A stretch of 64,000 nt of DNA from Alphaproteobacteria bacterium GWF2_58_20 (GCA_001768735.1 MEMB01000007.1:106386-170385); one strand, 5' to 3'; shown: positions 16,533-25,577, numbered from the stretch's first letter. The notes: generated by a model from the letters alone, not told the origin. A program made the numbers and translations.

Positions 16533-16566
16533 AAAAAAACCGGCCCTTTGCGGGGCCGGTTTTTTC
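16533..16566. terminator. Bidirectional rho-independent terminator between the nuclease cassette (+) and flgL (-)
   Basis: An A7 run, then hairpin ccggccc-tttgcg-gggccgg, then a T6 run. Confidence 0.75.
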
Positions 16567-16586
16567 ATGGGGAAATTTCCGGGGAA

Positions 16587-17582
16587 TCAGAGATAGTTGA
16601 CGAGGCTGGTTTCCTGCATGGAAGAGATGATGCGGTAAGAGATTTCCAGCTGTGTCTGCATGTTTTGCAGGCGAGTCAAAATTTCCGCCGTGTCCACGTC
16701 CTCCACCTGGCCGATCATCTTGTCCATGACCACCTTGGTTTCCTCGTGACGGGAGGCGGCATCGTCCATGGCATTGGATGCAAGAGCCAGGTTGGCGACG
16801 TCCACATCAAGGGCGCGGCTTCCACTGTCAATAAGGCCCATGGCGGAATCGTAAAGGGCCCAGTAGCCCTCCACATCGTTGCTTTTGTATTCAAGGTTTT
16901 CAATGATGGCCAGGCCCTTCATGATGTCCTTGAACCCATCGTTGTTGGCCTTGATGGTATAATCCACCGTCAGGTTGTCATCCACACGGACGGTGGTTCC
17001 GCCTGCGGCGGCAAGTCCGCCAGACAGGCCGATATCCGTGTCTGAAAAGGCGTCAATGTTCGCAATGGTGGTTGCCGCATCCTGGGTTCCGGCCTGCCAT
17101 GCGGCCATTTCCGCCTGGATATTGGTGTTGAGGGCATCTTCATCTGCCATGGGGGCGCTTTCAATGGCGTCGCCGGCAAAAAGCAGTCGGCCATTGAGGG
17201 AGGTATTGATCAGGTTCTGAATGGAGTCGAGGGCGTTGGCCGCCGATATGTTGACGCTTTCGGAAACCGCATCGCCGCCGCGGAGCTGGCCAACCAGGGT
17301 GGTGAGGACAGCGCGGGCCGAGGACGTCATGTTGTTGACGGCCTTGTCCATGATTTCGGTGTTGCCGAGCGCTGTGTTGATGCTGGAAATGTAGGTGTCC
17401 ATGCGGGCCAGATCGCCACGCATGGAGACAGAGATGGTGGCATCAGTTCCCAGGCCACTGAAGCTTTCGGATTTCAGGCCGCTGGCCAGCTGGCTCTGGG
17501 CCGTGGACATCTGCCCGCGCAGGTTGCGCAGAAGGGCGTTCATGTGGGTGGTCTGGCCGATGTTGGAAGTTGCGATGCTCAT
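16587..17582 (-). CDS. flgL: Flagellar hook-associated protein 3 (FlgL)
   Basis: Flagellin-like N- and C-terminal helices (C-terminus TRLQNMQTQLEISYRIISSMQETSLVNYL). It lies 4 nt downstream of flgK. Confidence 0.7.
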   Translation of the reverse strand: MSIATSNIGQTTHMNALLRNLRGQMSTAQSQLASGLKSESFSGLGTDATISVSMRGDLARMDTYISSINTALGNTEIMDKAVNNMTSSARAVLTTLVGQLRGGDAVSESVNISAANALDSIQNLINTSLNGRLLFAGDAIESAPMADEDALNTNIQAEMAAWQAGTQDAATTIANIDAFSDTDIGLSGGLAAAGGTTVRVDDNLTVDYTIKANNDGFKDIMKGLAIIENLEYKSNDVEGYWALYDSAMGLIDSGSRALDVDVANLALASNAMDDAASRHEETKVVMDKMIGQVEDVDTAEILTRLQNMQTQLEISYRIISSMQETSLVNYL

Positions 17583-17586
17583 GGGA

Positions 17587-19062
17587 TTACCTCACCGTGT
17601 TGAGAAGTTCCTCGAAAATCTGGTCCATGCTCTGGAAGACGCGGGCTGCGGCGGCATAATTGCGCTGCAGCTCGATCATGTTGGCCACCTCTTCGTCGAG
17701 ATTGACGCAGGATGAATCCTGCAGGCGCTTGAGCAGAAGTTCGGAATAGGTTGTTTCCTGCGTTTCCTTGCCTTGTGTGTTGGCGGTTTCCTGCGCGTGC
17801 CGCGAAATGATGGTGCGGGCGTATTCCACCAGGGTGGCCGTGCCTGTCATGCCGGTTGTCAGGGTGCCATCAGGCCCAAGGCCGGATGTACGGAAAGGAT
17901 CATGTGCCGTTCCGGCGGCATCCGCCGTTGTGCCAAAGGTATAGGCCAGGATGTTGTTGATGACGGCATTCGATCCTGCATTCAATCCGCCGGCTCCCGT
18001 GCCTTGCTGGATGAGGGAGGAATCCGCCACCACGGCCGGGTTGACGGTGATGGTGCCGGCAAACCCCACATAGGCGGGGGGCGCATCGGCCGGAATGTTG
18101 CCGGAGGAGTCGGAAAACAGCCGCAATCCCTGGGCATCAAAACGCAGGGCCATCTTGTGGGCGATTTCGTCGATCTGGGCATTCTGCTGGGGCAGGGTGG
18201 TGTCGCGCATTTCGATCAGTGCGCCCAGTTTGCCGCCGGGATTTCCCGCACACAGATCGATGTTGGTGGACGGGTCGCCAACATAGATGCCAGCGGCTGT
18301 TGCGGGATAGGCTGAAGTGGTGGTGATGGACGTTGGGGTAAAGGAAAGCAGTCTGGCTTCGGTGTCTGCCAGAAGCTGGCCATCCCGTGTCTGGACCACA
18401 AGGGTGCCGTCCCCCTGCTTGTAGGAGGTGATTTCCATCTGCCCTGAAAGGGTGTTCACCAGCTGGTCGCGGTAATCTTCAAGGTCGGCCGTGCTGTGGC
18501 CGGCATAGATTTCCGTGACGATGGACTTGTTGATGTCGGCAAGCTCGGTGAGCGTTGCGTTAATTCCCTCAACGGTTGTTTCCATCGCTGTCTGGACATC
18601 GCCCCGCAGTTTTGTGAAGCTTTCGGACAGGCGGTTCAGGGTTTCGGCAACGGTTTGGGCCTGACGCAAGGTGTCGTTCTGCAGAACGGTGGAATCCGGA
18701 ACCGAGGAAAGCTTGATGAAACGGTCATTGAGTGTGCTGATTTCCGCAGCGATGGAGATTTCCGAATCCGGGGAACCATTGAGGTCCTCGATCCGTGACA
18801 TGTAGGTGGCCCGTGTTCCATAGTAGCTGGCGTTGCTGACCTGTTTCCAGTAGTCCTTGAGCAGGGCGCCATCAACATTGCGGCTGGTTTCCCCAACCCA
18901 GACGCCGGAAAACTGGTTGTCGATGAACAGGCTGTGTTGCGGCAAAATTTTCCGGGTATAGCCCGGGGTGGAAACATTTGCCGTGTTTTGCGCCACGAGG
19001 TCGAGGCCGCGTTGGGCGACCTTGATGCCGAGAAGGGCAGATTGCAGGCCTTGTATCGCCAT
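17587..19062 (-). CDS. flgK: Flagellar hook-associated protein 1 (FlgK)
   Basis: N-terminus MAIQGLQSALLGIKVAQRGLDLVAQNTANVSTPGYTRK. C-terminus VNLDEEVANMIELQRNYAAAARVFQSMDQIFEELLN. The start was trimmed to the ATG at 19062. Confidence 0.9.
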   Translation of the reverse strand: MAIQGLQSALLGIKVAQRGLDLVAQNTANVSTPGYTRKILPQHSLFIDNQFSGVWVGETSRNVDGALLKDYWKQVSNASYYGTRATYMSRIEDLNGSPDSEISIAAEISTLNDRFIKLSSVPDSTVLQNDTLRQAQTVAETLNRLSESFTKLRGDVQTAMETTVEGINATLTELADINKSIVTEIYAGHSTADLEDYRDQLVNTLSGQMEITSYKQGDGTLVVQTRDGQLLADTEARLLSFTPTSITTTSAYPATAAGIYVGDPSTNIDLCAGNPGGKLGALIEMRDTTLPQQNAQIDEIAHKMALRFDAQGLRLFSDSSGNIPADAPPAYVGFAGTITVNPAVVADSSLIQQGTGAGGLNAGSNAVINNILAYTFGTTADAAGTAHDPFRTSGLGPDGTLTTGMTGTATLVEYARTIISRHAQETANTQGKETQETTYSELLLKRLQDSSCVNLDEEVANMIELQRNYAAAARVFQSMDQIFEELLNTVR

Positions 19063-19208
19063 GTGATGACTCCTTGCCATAAAGTGGCTCCGCCTGTTTC
19101 CATGCAAGTTGCGGGCCAAGTGTAAAAGCGTGTTTGACGCCATTGCAAAATTCTGCGCCCTGCGCCATAATTCCGGCAATCTGGCGATTGCCTTTCTGAC
19201 AGGAGATC

Positions 19209-20639
19209 ATGATGCGAACGGAAAAATGGATGCGTGCCTGGGCTGTTCTGGTGGCCCTGCCTTTTTTTGCAGGGGCTACGGCACAGGCGGCCTTTACGGT
19301 CAATCCCAATGGTTCCATCCTGTTGCGGGCGGCTGATCCGGCCATTGCCTACATGGACCATGCCGATTTTTCACCGGCTGGGGATACAACCCAGTTTTCG
19401 CAGCAACTCATCCGGTATTATTCAGACCGCGTGCCTTCGGCCACCACGCTGGAAACCGCCCGACGGGATGAACTGGCCATCTCCACCTGCATGAACAAGT
19501 GCGGGGCAACCGGCCATTGCGCCATTCTGGGCACATTCCCGGATTTTGAGGCTGCCAACCTGTTTGGCATCATGGCGGGCAGCTACCGCTATACGCCTTA
19601 TACCATTGGGTGCAGCCTGCCCAGCCGTTCGGCGCTGGCGGCGTTTGAACATGCCGCCAATTTCGGCAGCGCCATGAACCTGTGCCCGAATGTGGAGGGA
19701 ACGCGCGCGGAAACCATGTGCAGTCTGGTCACCGCCGATGTGTTTGCAACCCTTCTGGTTGCGCGGGAAGCCGGCTATGATTCCTCGCTTGTGGATGCCG
19801 TTCTTCGCGCCCGCAGCCTCATGCCGCTGCAGATGCAAATCGAGTTTGGCGAAACTTCGGCAGCCATCCGCAAGGCTGCGGTGGAGGCAGCGGAAGACAA
19901 TCCGCGTCTGTCCAACCCTTCCATTTACGACCAGCTCATCGGCGGCATTTTCACCCCGCTGATCGATCCGCCCACCCCCTACAAGCAGAACTGCCTTGAG
20001 AACTCGGCCATCTTCACCACCTCGGCATGGCGTATCCTGCAGCCGCGCTTTGCGCTTCTGCGGCAGCCGCTCATGAACAAGGCCAAGGATGCATTTGAAG
20101 AAAAACCCCGCCAGATGGATGTGGGGTATCCGTCCATGCTGCCCCGTGTCAATACGCCCGCCGCCGGCAATGCCGGCAACCGCGGCACGGGCACCGCGAC
20201 AACCACCGAAATCAAGCGGCCACGCCTGGCCACGGGATGTTTCTCGCAGCGCACCAATGACATGGAATATACCGACTGGGAACTGCTGGAGCTGATTTTG
20301 GCGGGGGAAAAACCGGAACTGCTGACCGTGCTGAACAAACTCATTGCCAGTATCGAATCCGAGGATCGCGCCCTTTACATCAAGGCACAGCAAATTGCGA
20401 AAGACTTTGTCTGGAGCGAGGAGGAGATCACCGAAGCCGCCGATGTCCTCATGCAGGCCGAGATACGTTATCCCGTTGCCGATACGGCCACCGCGTGGAT
20501 GGCGCGCCTTGCAACTATTGATCCGCTGGACACCTACAGCCCCACAAAGGCGAAATCGGCGGATATTCCCATGCCGGAAACGCTCCGCCGCCTGCGCGAT
20601 GAGCTGGGCCGCTCCCTTGCGGCTTGTGGCGGCCCCTGA
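19209..20639 (+). CDS. Secreted Cys-rich hypothetical protein (476 aa)
   Basis: RBS aggaga lies 3-8 nt upstream. Signal peptide MMRTEKWMRAWAVLVALPFFAGATAQA. Composition is normal, versus an Arg/Gly/His-rich antisense ORF. No family was recognised. Confidence 0.55.
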   Translation: MMRTEKWMRAWAVLVALPFFAGATAQAAFTVNPNGSILLRAADPAIAYMDHADFSPAGDTTQFSQQLIRYYSDRVPSATTLETARRDELAISTCMNKCGATGHCAILGTFPDFEAANLFGIMAGSYRYTPYTIGCSLPSRSALAAFEHAANFGSAMNLCPNVEGTRAETMCSLVTADVFATLLVAREAGYDSSLVDAVLRARSLMPLQMQIEFGETSAAIRKAAVEAAEDNPRLSNPSIYDQLIGGIFTPLIDPPTPYKQNCLENSAIFTTSAWRILQPRFALLRQPLMNKAKDAFEEKPRQMDVGYPSMLPRVNTPAAGNAGNRGTGTATTTEIKRPRLATGCFSQRTNDMEYTDWELLELILAGEKPELLTVLNKLIASIESEDRALYIKAQQIAKDFVWSEEEITEAADVLMQAEIRYPVADTATAWMARLATIDPLDTYSPTKAKSADIPMPETLRRLRDELGRSLAACGGP

Positions 20640-20666
20640 TCTTTATAAGGGTTTTTGGTTTGATGG

Positions 20667-20697
20667 AAAAAGCCCCGCCGCAAGCGGGGCTTTTTTG
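20667..20697. terminator. Rho-independent terminator (bidirectional design)
   Basis: An A5 run, then hairpin agccccgc-cgcaa-gcggggct, then a T6 run. Confidence 0.75.
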
Positions 20698-20893
20698 CGG
20701 CACCGGACAATGGGGAGGTTGTGCCAAGGGTGGGGAGGCGTTTCCCTGCCCGCCCCTTGTGGGGGTGCCAGGGTGGCGCGTGGTTGGTCCTTGCGGCAAG
20801 CCCGGTGTTCCAAGGCGTTGCCATGCTGCGCGTGGCTTTGGGGACGGCCGGTTTTCTTCCGGGGGCGGGTGCGGCTGCGGAAGGGGCGGGCAC

Positions 20894-20929
20894 AAAAAAA
20901 CCGGAGCGCGGGGCTCCGGTTTTTTTTTC
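20894..20929. terminator. Rho-independent terminator (bidirectional design) downstream of the 407-aa gene
   Basis: An A7 run, then hairpin ccggagc-gcggg-gctccgg, then a T9 run. Confidence 0.75.
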
Positions 20930-20946
20930 GTGCGTTTGGAAATCCC

Positions 20947-22170
20947 TTACTTGGTCGGCAAACCTTCCACCTGGACGCCGGCGCCGCGCGCGACTTCAAG
21001 GTCCATGCCCAGCTTGGTGCTCATGACAGCGGTCAACATTTCCATCATCTGGAACTGCTTCCACTGGAGCATGAGCGAGAAAGCCATCATCTGGGCCATC
21101 TGGCGCTGGAGGTTTTCTCCGCCGTCCTTCCAGAGTTCGGCATGCCACTTGGGATCCTGAAACTTCTGGTTCATGACGATGTTCATCAGGTAGAACTGGC
21201 TGATCTTGTTGTTTTCGACATTCTTGTCGTTTGGATCCATCTGGAAGGATGCGTTGTTGAGGATTTCAGAAACATATTTGGTGTCCACGCTCGGGGTGCG
21301 CATGCCCATGCTGAAATTCAGCGGGGCCTTAGCCATTTCTTCGCGGGCCTCGTTCGAGCGCAGGCGGTTATAGGCCAGCTTGCCGGAAAAATCAGCCTTG
21401 GACGGATCGGTGAGGGCGGTGGGAGCAGGCTCCTGCTTGATCGGATTGATCAGGTTATCCCTCAGGAGGATGGCGGCTTTTTGCTCTTTGGGGATTTTTG
21501 CTCCGGGCGGGTTGGTTTCGGTGACGCCTGTCCGGTCAACATCGGTGTTTTCTCCGATGGTCAGGTTGCCGAAGAGGGTTTTTTCGGGGTTCTTGTCCTC
21601 TTCCGTGTTGCGGGTGTCCTGCAATTCATCAAAGCGCTGGACAACGTCATCCTGCGCGCCGACTGGCTCGCCGGGTTTGCTGACAGGCGCTTTGCCGCCG
21701 GGAACCCATTTTGTGGAGCCGGAACGGGCGCTGCCTTTCTTGAAGATTTTCTGGATGGCGGCCTTGGTTCCCTTTTCGGCCTCCGTGAAGGCAGTGGCCT
21801 GCGACGTGTTGCCGCAGCCGGCGGCGCTGGTCATGTGTTCCTTGATGGATTGTGCCAGGTGTTCTTCCTGTTTCATTTCCTTCATGGAACGCACCAGTCC
21901 GTCAATGGCGGCAGCTACCTGCGGCCCCACCTTTTCCACCGCGCCGGTGGTTTGGGCTGCATGGAGCTTCAGGGTTTCCACAAGCTTTTCTTCAAGCTTG
22001 TCGATGCGCTTGTTGACCTTGTCAATGGTGCGGGTGGCTTCCTTTTCATCGTTGTCCGTCGGGTCGCACTGGGGGCAGACGCCGCAAGCGGCATGGGCGG
22101 ACGCAAAAGGGGTTGCCAGGGCCAAAACGGCGGCGAAGGCGATGGCGGAAGTTTCAAGTGTTTTTTTCAT
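20947..22170 (-). CDS. Secreted coiled-coil protein (407 aa). Unassigned; possible periplasmic T4BSS component of the IcmX/TraW class, which is speculative.
   Basis: RBS gcgagg. Signal peptide MKKTLETSAIAFAAVLALATPFASAHA, followed by the Cys cluster ACGVCPQC and a Lys/Glu-rich helical region. It lies in an operon with the 221-aa gene, divergent from the icmL block. Confidence 0.55.
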   Translation of the reverse strand: MKKTLETSAIAFAAVLALATPFASAHAACGVCPQCDPTDNDEKEATRTIDKVNKRIDKLEEKLVETLKLHAAQTTGAVEKVGPQVAAAIDGLVRSMKEMKQEEHLAQSIKEHMTSAAGCGNTSQATAFTEAEKGTKAAIQKIFKKGSARSGSTKWVPGGKAPVSKPGEPVGAQDDVVQRFDELQDTRNTEEDKNPEKTLFGNLTIGENTDVDRTGVTETNPPGAKIPKEQKAAILLRDNLINPIKQEPAPTALTDPSKADFSGKLAYNRLRSNEAREEMAKAPLNFSMGMRTPSVDTKYVSEILNNASFQMDPNDKNVENNKISQFYLMNIVMNQKFQDPKWHAELWKDGGENLQRQMAQMMAFSLMLQWKQFQMMEMLTAVMSTKLGMDLEVARGAGVQVEGLPTK

Positions 22171-22192
22171 GATGTGTGCCTCGCTTCTGGGA

Positions 22193-22858
22193 TCAACGGA
22201 ACAGGTTGATCAGGTCGTTTTGCTGGGCCGGCGGATTGCTGGATGCCGGGGTGGACGTGGTACCGCTGACCCCGGTGCCTTGTGTGCTGGCAGGTGCCGC
22301 GCGAACACTGCGGCTAACCGTGGTCTTGATGATGCTGGATGTGTCGGGCAGGCTGGAGGAAATGGAGCTGCCCAGCCAATCCTGCAGCGCACCGCTGCCG
22401 CCGCTGAAGATGTCGCCAAGGCCGGAAGATCCGAGGTTGCCGATGTCGAGGTTGCTCAGGCTGGAAAGCTCGCCGATCTTGTCGGTGAGGGAGCCGAGGA
22501 GTTCGTTGGCCTTGTCGCAGGCCTGATCCATCAGGCCGTCGAGCAGGGAATTGCCGTCGATGCTGGGGGCTTGCAAATCCTGCGGCACCTGCATGGTGAT
22601 GGAGCCAAAGCAGGATTTATCGGAGGATGTGACGGATTCTGCTGGTTTGACGGTGCCGGCCGTGGCCTTGAACTGGGCTTCCATGCCTTCCTTGGCCTTG
22701 GCGCAAAGCTCGGCGCATGCGGGGTCGCTGCAATCCATACCGGTGCCGGCGCTGGCGCTTTCCTGGGCGCGGGCTATGGAGGGAGAAGCCAGGATGCCAC
22801 TGGCGAAAAGGGCCAGAAGGCAGGCGGAAAGGCTTTGGAAAGGAAGATGTTTGCGCAC
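22193..22858 (-). CDS. Secreted Cys-containing Ser/Gly/Leu-rich protein (221 aa), unassigned
   Basis: GTG start with a strong RBS (ggaggg, 5-nt spacer). Signal peptide RKHLPFQSLSACLLALFASGILASPSIARA. Cys pairs occur in DCSDPACAELC, KSCFGS and QACDK. Confidence 0.5.
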   Translation of the reverse strand: MRKHLPFQSLSACLLALFASGILASPSIARAQESASAGTGMDCSDPACAELCAKAKEGMEAQFKATAGTVKPAESVTSSDKSCFGSITMQVPQDLQAPSIDGNSLLDGLMDQACDKANELLGSLTDKIGELSSLSNLDIGNLGSSGLGDIFSGGSGALQDWLGSSISSSLPDTSSIIKTTVSRSVRAAPASTQGTGVSGTTSTPASSNPPAQQNDLINLFR

Positions 22859-23155
22859 GGCAACCCTCCGGAGTAAGTGTATGGATGCAACATTGAAACA
22901 TGGGCATCTTAGCTTCCCTTTAAGGGAAAATCAATGGTTCATCTTGAGCTGCGTCCTCATGGTTCCCTCCCGGAATGTCTTGGCGGGCCTTGTGAGTTCC
23001 ATGTTGACCGGCCATGCCCCATGAGGTAAAACAGAAGGGATCCGGAATCTGTCCCTTTTTTAGGCGGGTGCTGGTTTCATGGTTTTGTGCGGAATGTCCG
23101 GGAGGAATGCCGGGTGGTTGAACAGTCTGAAAAAGTGCAGGAAAAATCAGGGGAG

Positions 23156-23797
23156 ATGGCTTCGCCACCCCCGGCAGCACCTGCACACCCTGTTCATGTT
23201 GCGCGCAATCGCCGCGCCTTTCTTGTGGATGGATCCCAGAACATTCTTGCCGTGGCGATCATTGAAGCCCTGGTGATTGTGGCACTGGTTGTGGCCTGGG
23301 CGGTAACCATTGTCGTCCTCAAGCCGGAGGATCGCGTATTTGCGCTGACAGCGGACAAGCAGATGTTTGCCATGAGCCCCCTTTCTTCCCCCAACATGAC
23401 CAACAGCGCGCTGGTGGCCTGGGCCGCGCAGGCGATAACCGATGTCATGACAGTCAGCGTGGGAGATTATGACCAGCGGCAAATTGAGCATGAGAAGTAT
23501 TTCACGCCGGATGGCTGGAAGTCGTTTTCTGCCGCCCGCAAACTTGTGGGGGAGCGTGAGAATGTCCTCCGTAACCGGCAGGTGATTACGGCAGCCCCGC
23601 GTGCGGCGCCCAGCATTGTCGAGAAGGGGCTCCGGGGAGACAGCTATTTCTGGCGCGTGCAGGTTCCCATGGTCATTACCTACAACGTGGGGAACTCGCA
23701 GCAGGCCTCGGAGCAGGACTATGAAATTCTTGTGCTTCGGGTTTCCACAAGCGTCAACACCTTTGGGGTTGGGATTGATAGATGGCAGAAGATCTGA
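23156..23797 (+). CDS. dotI: DotI/IcmL (TraM)-family T4BSS inner-membrane protein, paralogue 1
   Basis: A single N-terminal TM segment (ILAVAIIEALVIVALVVAWAV) is followed by the IcmL-like periplasmic domain (..RVFALT.D.......PLS.P..T...L..WA.QA.......D........YFT..GW..F). The ATG at 23156 follows caggggag. Confidence 0.7.
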   Translation: MASPPPAAPAHPVHVARNRRAFLVDGSQNILAVAIIEALVIVALVVAWAVTIVVLKPEDRVFALTADKQMFAMSPLSSPNMTNSALVAWAAQAITDVMTVSVGDYDQRQIEHEKYFTPDGWKSFSAARKLVGERENVLRNRQVITAAPRAAPSIVEKGLRGDSYFWRVQVPMVITYNVGNSQQASEQDYEILVLRVSTSVNTFGVGIDRWQKI

Positions 23798-24477
23798 AGC
23801 CCGAAAACAAGATTGAGGCGGAAAAGAAGCCGGCTGCCGGGCATTCTTCGGGGCTTGATGCTGTGGTAACCCGCAATGCTTTTTATCAGGATGGTTATCG
23901 GCGGCTGATTTTTCTGGCCATGGTGGAGGCTGTGGCGATTGTGGTCCTGTTGGGGGTTGTCCTTGGTTTTGTCACCATGTGGCGTCCGCAGGATCGCTTT
24001 TTTGCAACCACAACAGCTGGACATGTGATTGCCCTGGTGCCTGCCAACCAGCCGGTCCTTGATGATTCCCGGGTGGCGGAATGGAGCCGGACGGCCTTTG
24101 AGGACATCCTGCGCTTCAATTACATGGATTACCGGGAACGCCTGATCTCCATGTCGCCCGATTTTTCCGAAAGGGGCTATGCAACGTGGCTTTCCATCCT
24201 GAAGCGGGATGGTTTTGTGGATTCGGTTGTCAATCCGGACAATCTCTTTTCTGTATCCACGCAGGTAACGGCGCAGCCCATGATTGTGCAAAAAGGGGTT
24301 TCCGGAGGGCTTTACCGTTGGCGGATCCAGATGCAGGCGGTGACCAATTTCATTTCCGCAAGGCCCAACCGATCTTACGCCGTCAAATGGAATGTGACGC
24401 TGGAAGTTGTCCGTGTCCCAAGCCTTCATAATAATTCCGGTATCGGAATCGAACAGGTTGTTTTGAGCAAACTATGA
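23782..24477 (+). CDS. DotI/IcmL-family paralogue 2 (DotJ/IcmM position)
   Basis: Same architecture: TM LIFLAMVEAVAIVVLLGVVLGFV, then RFFATT..G.......QPVL.DS.V..W...A....F.....YR.......F...G. It overlaps paralogue 1 by 16 nt. This mirrors the icmM-icmL paralogue pair of Legionella. Confidence 0.65.
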   Translation: MAEDLKPENKIEAEKKPAAGHSSGLDAVVTRNAFYQDGYRRLIFLAMVEAVAIVVLLGVVLGFVTMWRPQDRFFATTTAGHVIALVPANQPVLDDSRVAEWSRTAFEDILRFNYMDYRERLISMSPDFSERGYATWLSILKRDGFVDSVVNPDNLFSVSTQVTAQPMIVQKGVSGGLYRWRIQMQAVTNFISARPNRSYAVKWNVTLEVVRVPSLHNNSGIGIEQVVLSKL

Positions 24478-25577
24478 AAAAAATGCTGAAAAAGAAAAAA
24501 ATGTTGAAAAAAAACACGAACCGGAGGACATTCCGGCCCTTGAAAAAGGTGGAGGCCATGAGAGCATCAGGAATTTATGGGGCAGTTGCCCTGTTTGCCC
24601 TTTCGGGCATGTTGGCGGTGGGCCAGGCCCATGCGCAGGCGGAATCCATTCAGGTGGAAGCGCCGCAGGTTGAGGCAGCGCGTACGCAGAAGGTCTCTTT
24701 TCGCCAGGCTGCGCCCGTCGTGCAGGATTCAGATGTGATCGCGCCGGTATCCCAGGACATGTTCGAGGATGCCCTGGCCGATCTTGGTCAGGACAGGCGT
24801 GAAAAGGCTTATGATTCGGCGGTGGATGGCATCATGCCGCTCAGCCCGGAGCAGATCCGCACCTTGCGCACGCATCTTGACGAAAGCCAGGATGCGGCAC
24901 AGTCGCCCATGTCCCAGCCCAGGGCGGAGGTTCATGTGGAAAGCCTGTCGCTGGATCCCGGGGTTGCGCCGCCGGAAATGAAATTGGCCACGGGATACGT
25001 GACAACGCTGACCATGCTGGATTCGACGGGGCAGCCGTGGCCCATCAAGGATTATGGGGTTGGGGGCAATTTTGATGTGCCGCAGCCAGAGGATGGCAGC
25101 CATATCCTGCGCATTGTTCCGCTGACACAGCATGGGGCGGGGAACCTGTCCCTGCGTCTTGTCGGGCTGGCGACGCCCATTGCCTTCCGCCTGTCGTCTG
25201 GTGGAAATGTTGTTCATTACCGGTTTGATGCCAGGGTGCCGAAGCTGGGGCCCTCGGCGAAAGCTTCGCTGATTGACCGTGGTGTTTCTATGGCAGCCGG
25301 GGATGAGATCCTGATGGGGGTCCTGTCTGGCGTTGCGCCCAAAGGCTTTGAACGGATGGCGGTTTCGGGGGCCGATTCGCAGACCTCCGTATGGAAGAAT
25401 GGGGAAACCATGTATGTCCGCACGCCACTGACCCTGCTTTCGCCGGGGTGGAATGGAAGCGTGTCGTCTGCGGATGGAACCTGTGTTTATGAAATTGCCG
25501 CGTCGCCGGTGCTGCTGCTTTCAGACAGTGGTGCCATGGTGCGGGTCCGGATTGGAAGCAAAGAGGCCGTACAATGA
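24474..25577 (+). CDS. dotH: DotH/IcmK (TraN)-family T4BSS outer-membrane core protein
   Basis: Contains IMPLSPEQIRTLR...LATGYVTTLTMLDSTGQPWPIKDYGVGGNF......DGSHILRIVPL...GAGNLSLRLVGLATPIAFRL. The ATGA overlap with the upstream gene lies at 24474-24477. An alternative start at 24558 (MRASGIYG, the signal peptide) follows ggagg. Confidence 0.75.
   Translation: MKKMLKKKKMLKKNTNRRTFRPLKKVEAMRASGIYGAVALFALSGMLAVGQAHAQAESIQVEAPQVEAARTQKVSFRQAAPVVQDSDVIAPVSQDMFEDALADLGQDRREKAYDSAVDGIMPLSPEQIRTLRTHLDESQDAAQSPMSQPRAEVHVESLSLDPGVAPPEMKLATGYVTTLTMLDSTGQPWPIKDYGVGGNFDVPQPEDGSHILRIVPLTQHGAGNLSLRLVGLATPIAFRLSSGGNVVHYRFDARVPKLGPSAKASLIDRGVSMAAGDEILMGVLSGVAPKGFERMAVSGADSQTSVWKNGETMYVRTPLTLLSPGWNGSVSSADGTCVYEIAASPVLLLSDSGAMVRVRIGSKEAVQ

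Noticed and set aside
12863-16534. Very long 1223-aa ORF on the minus strand
   Set aside because: It runs exactly antisense to RNase J-like paralogues 2 and 3 and the SUKH gene. Its translation is Arg/Gly/His/Pro-rich with no recognisable motif, while the plus-strand frames carry clear MBL/beta-CASP motifs. This is a typical GC-rich shadow ORF.
20344-22876. 621-aa and 498-aa plus-strand ORFs
   Set aside because: They are antisense to the two secreted-protein genes (20947-22858), which have RBSs, signal peptides and normal composition. The plus-strand translations are Gly/Ala/Arg/Phe-rich and lack starts with RBSs.
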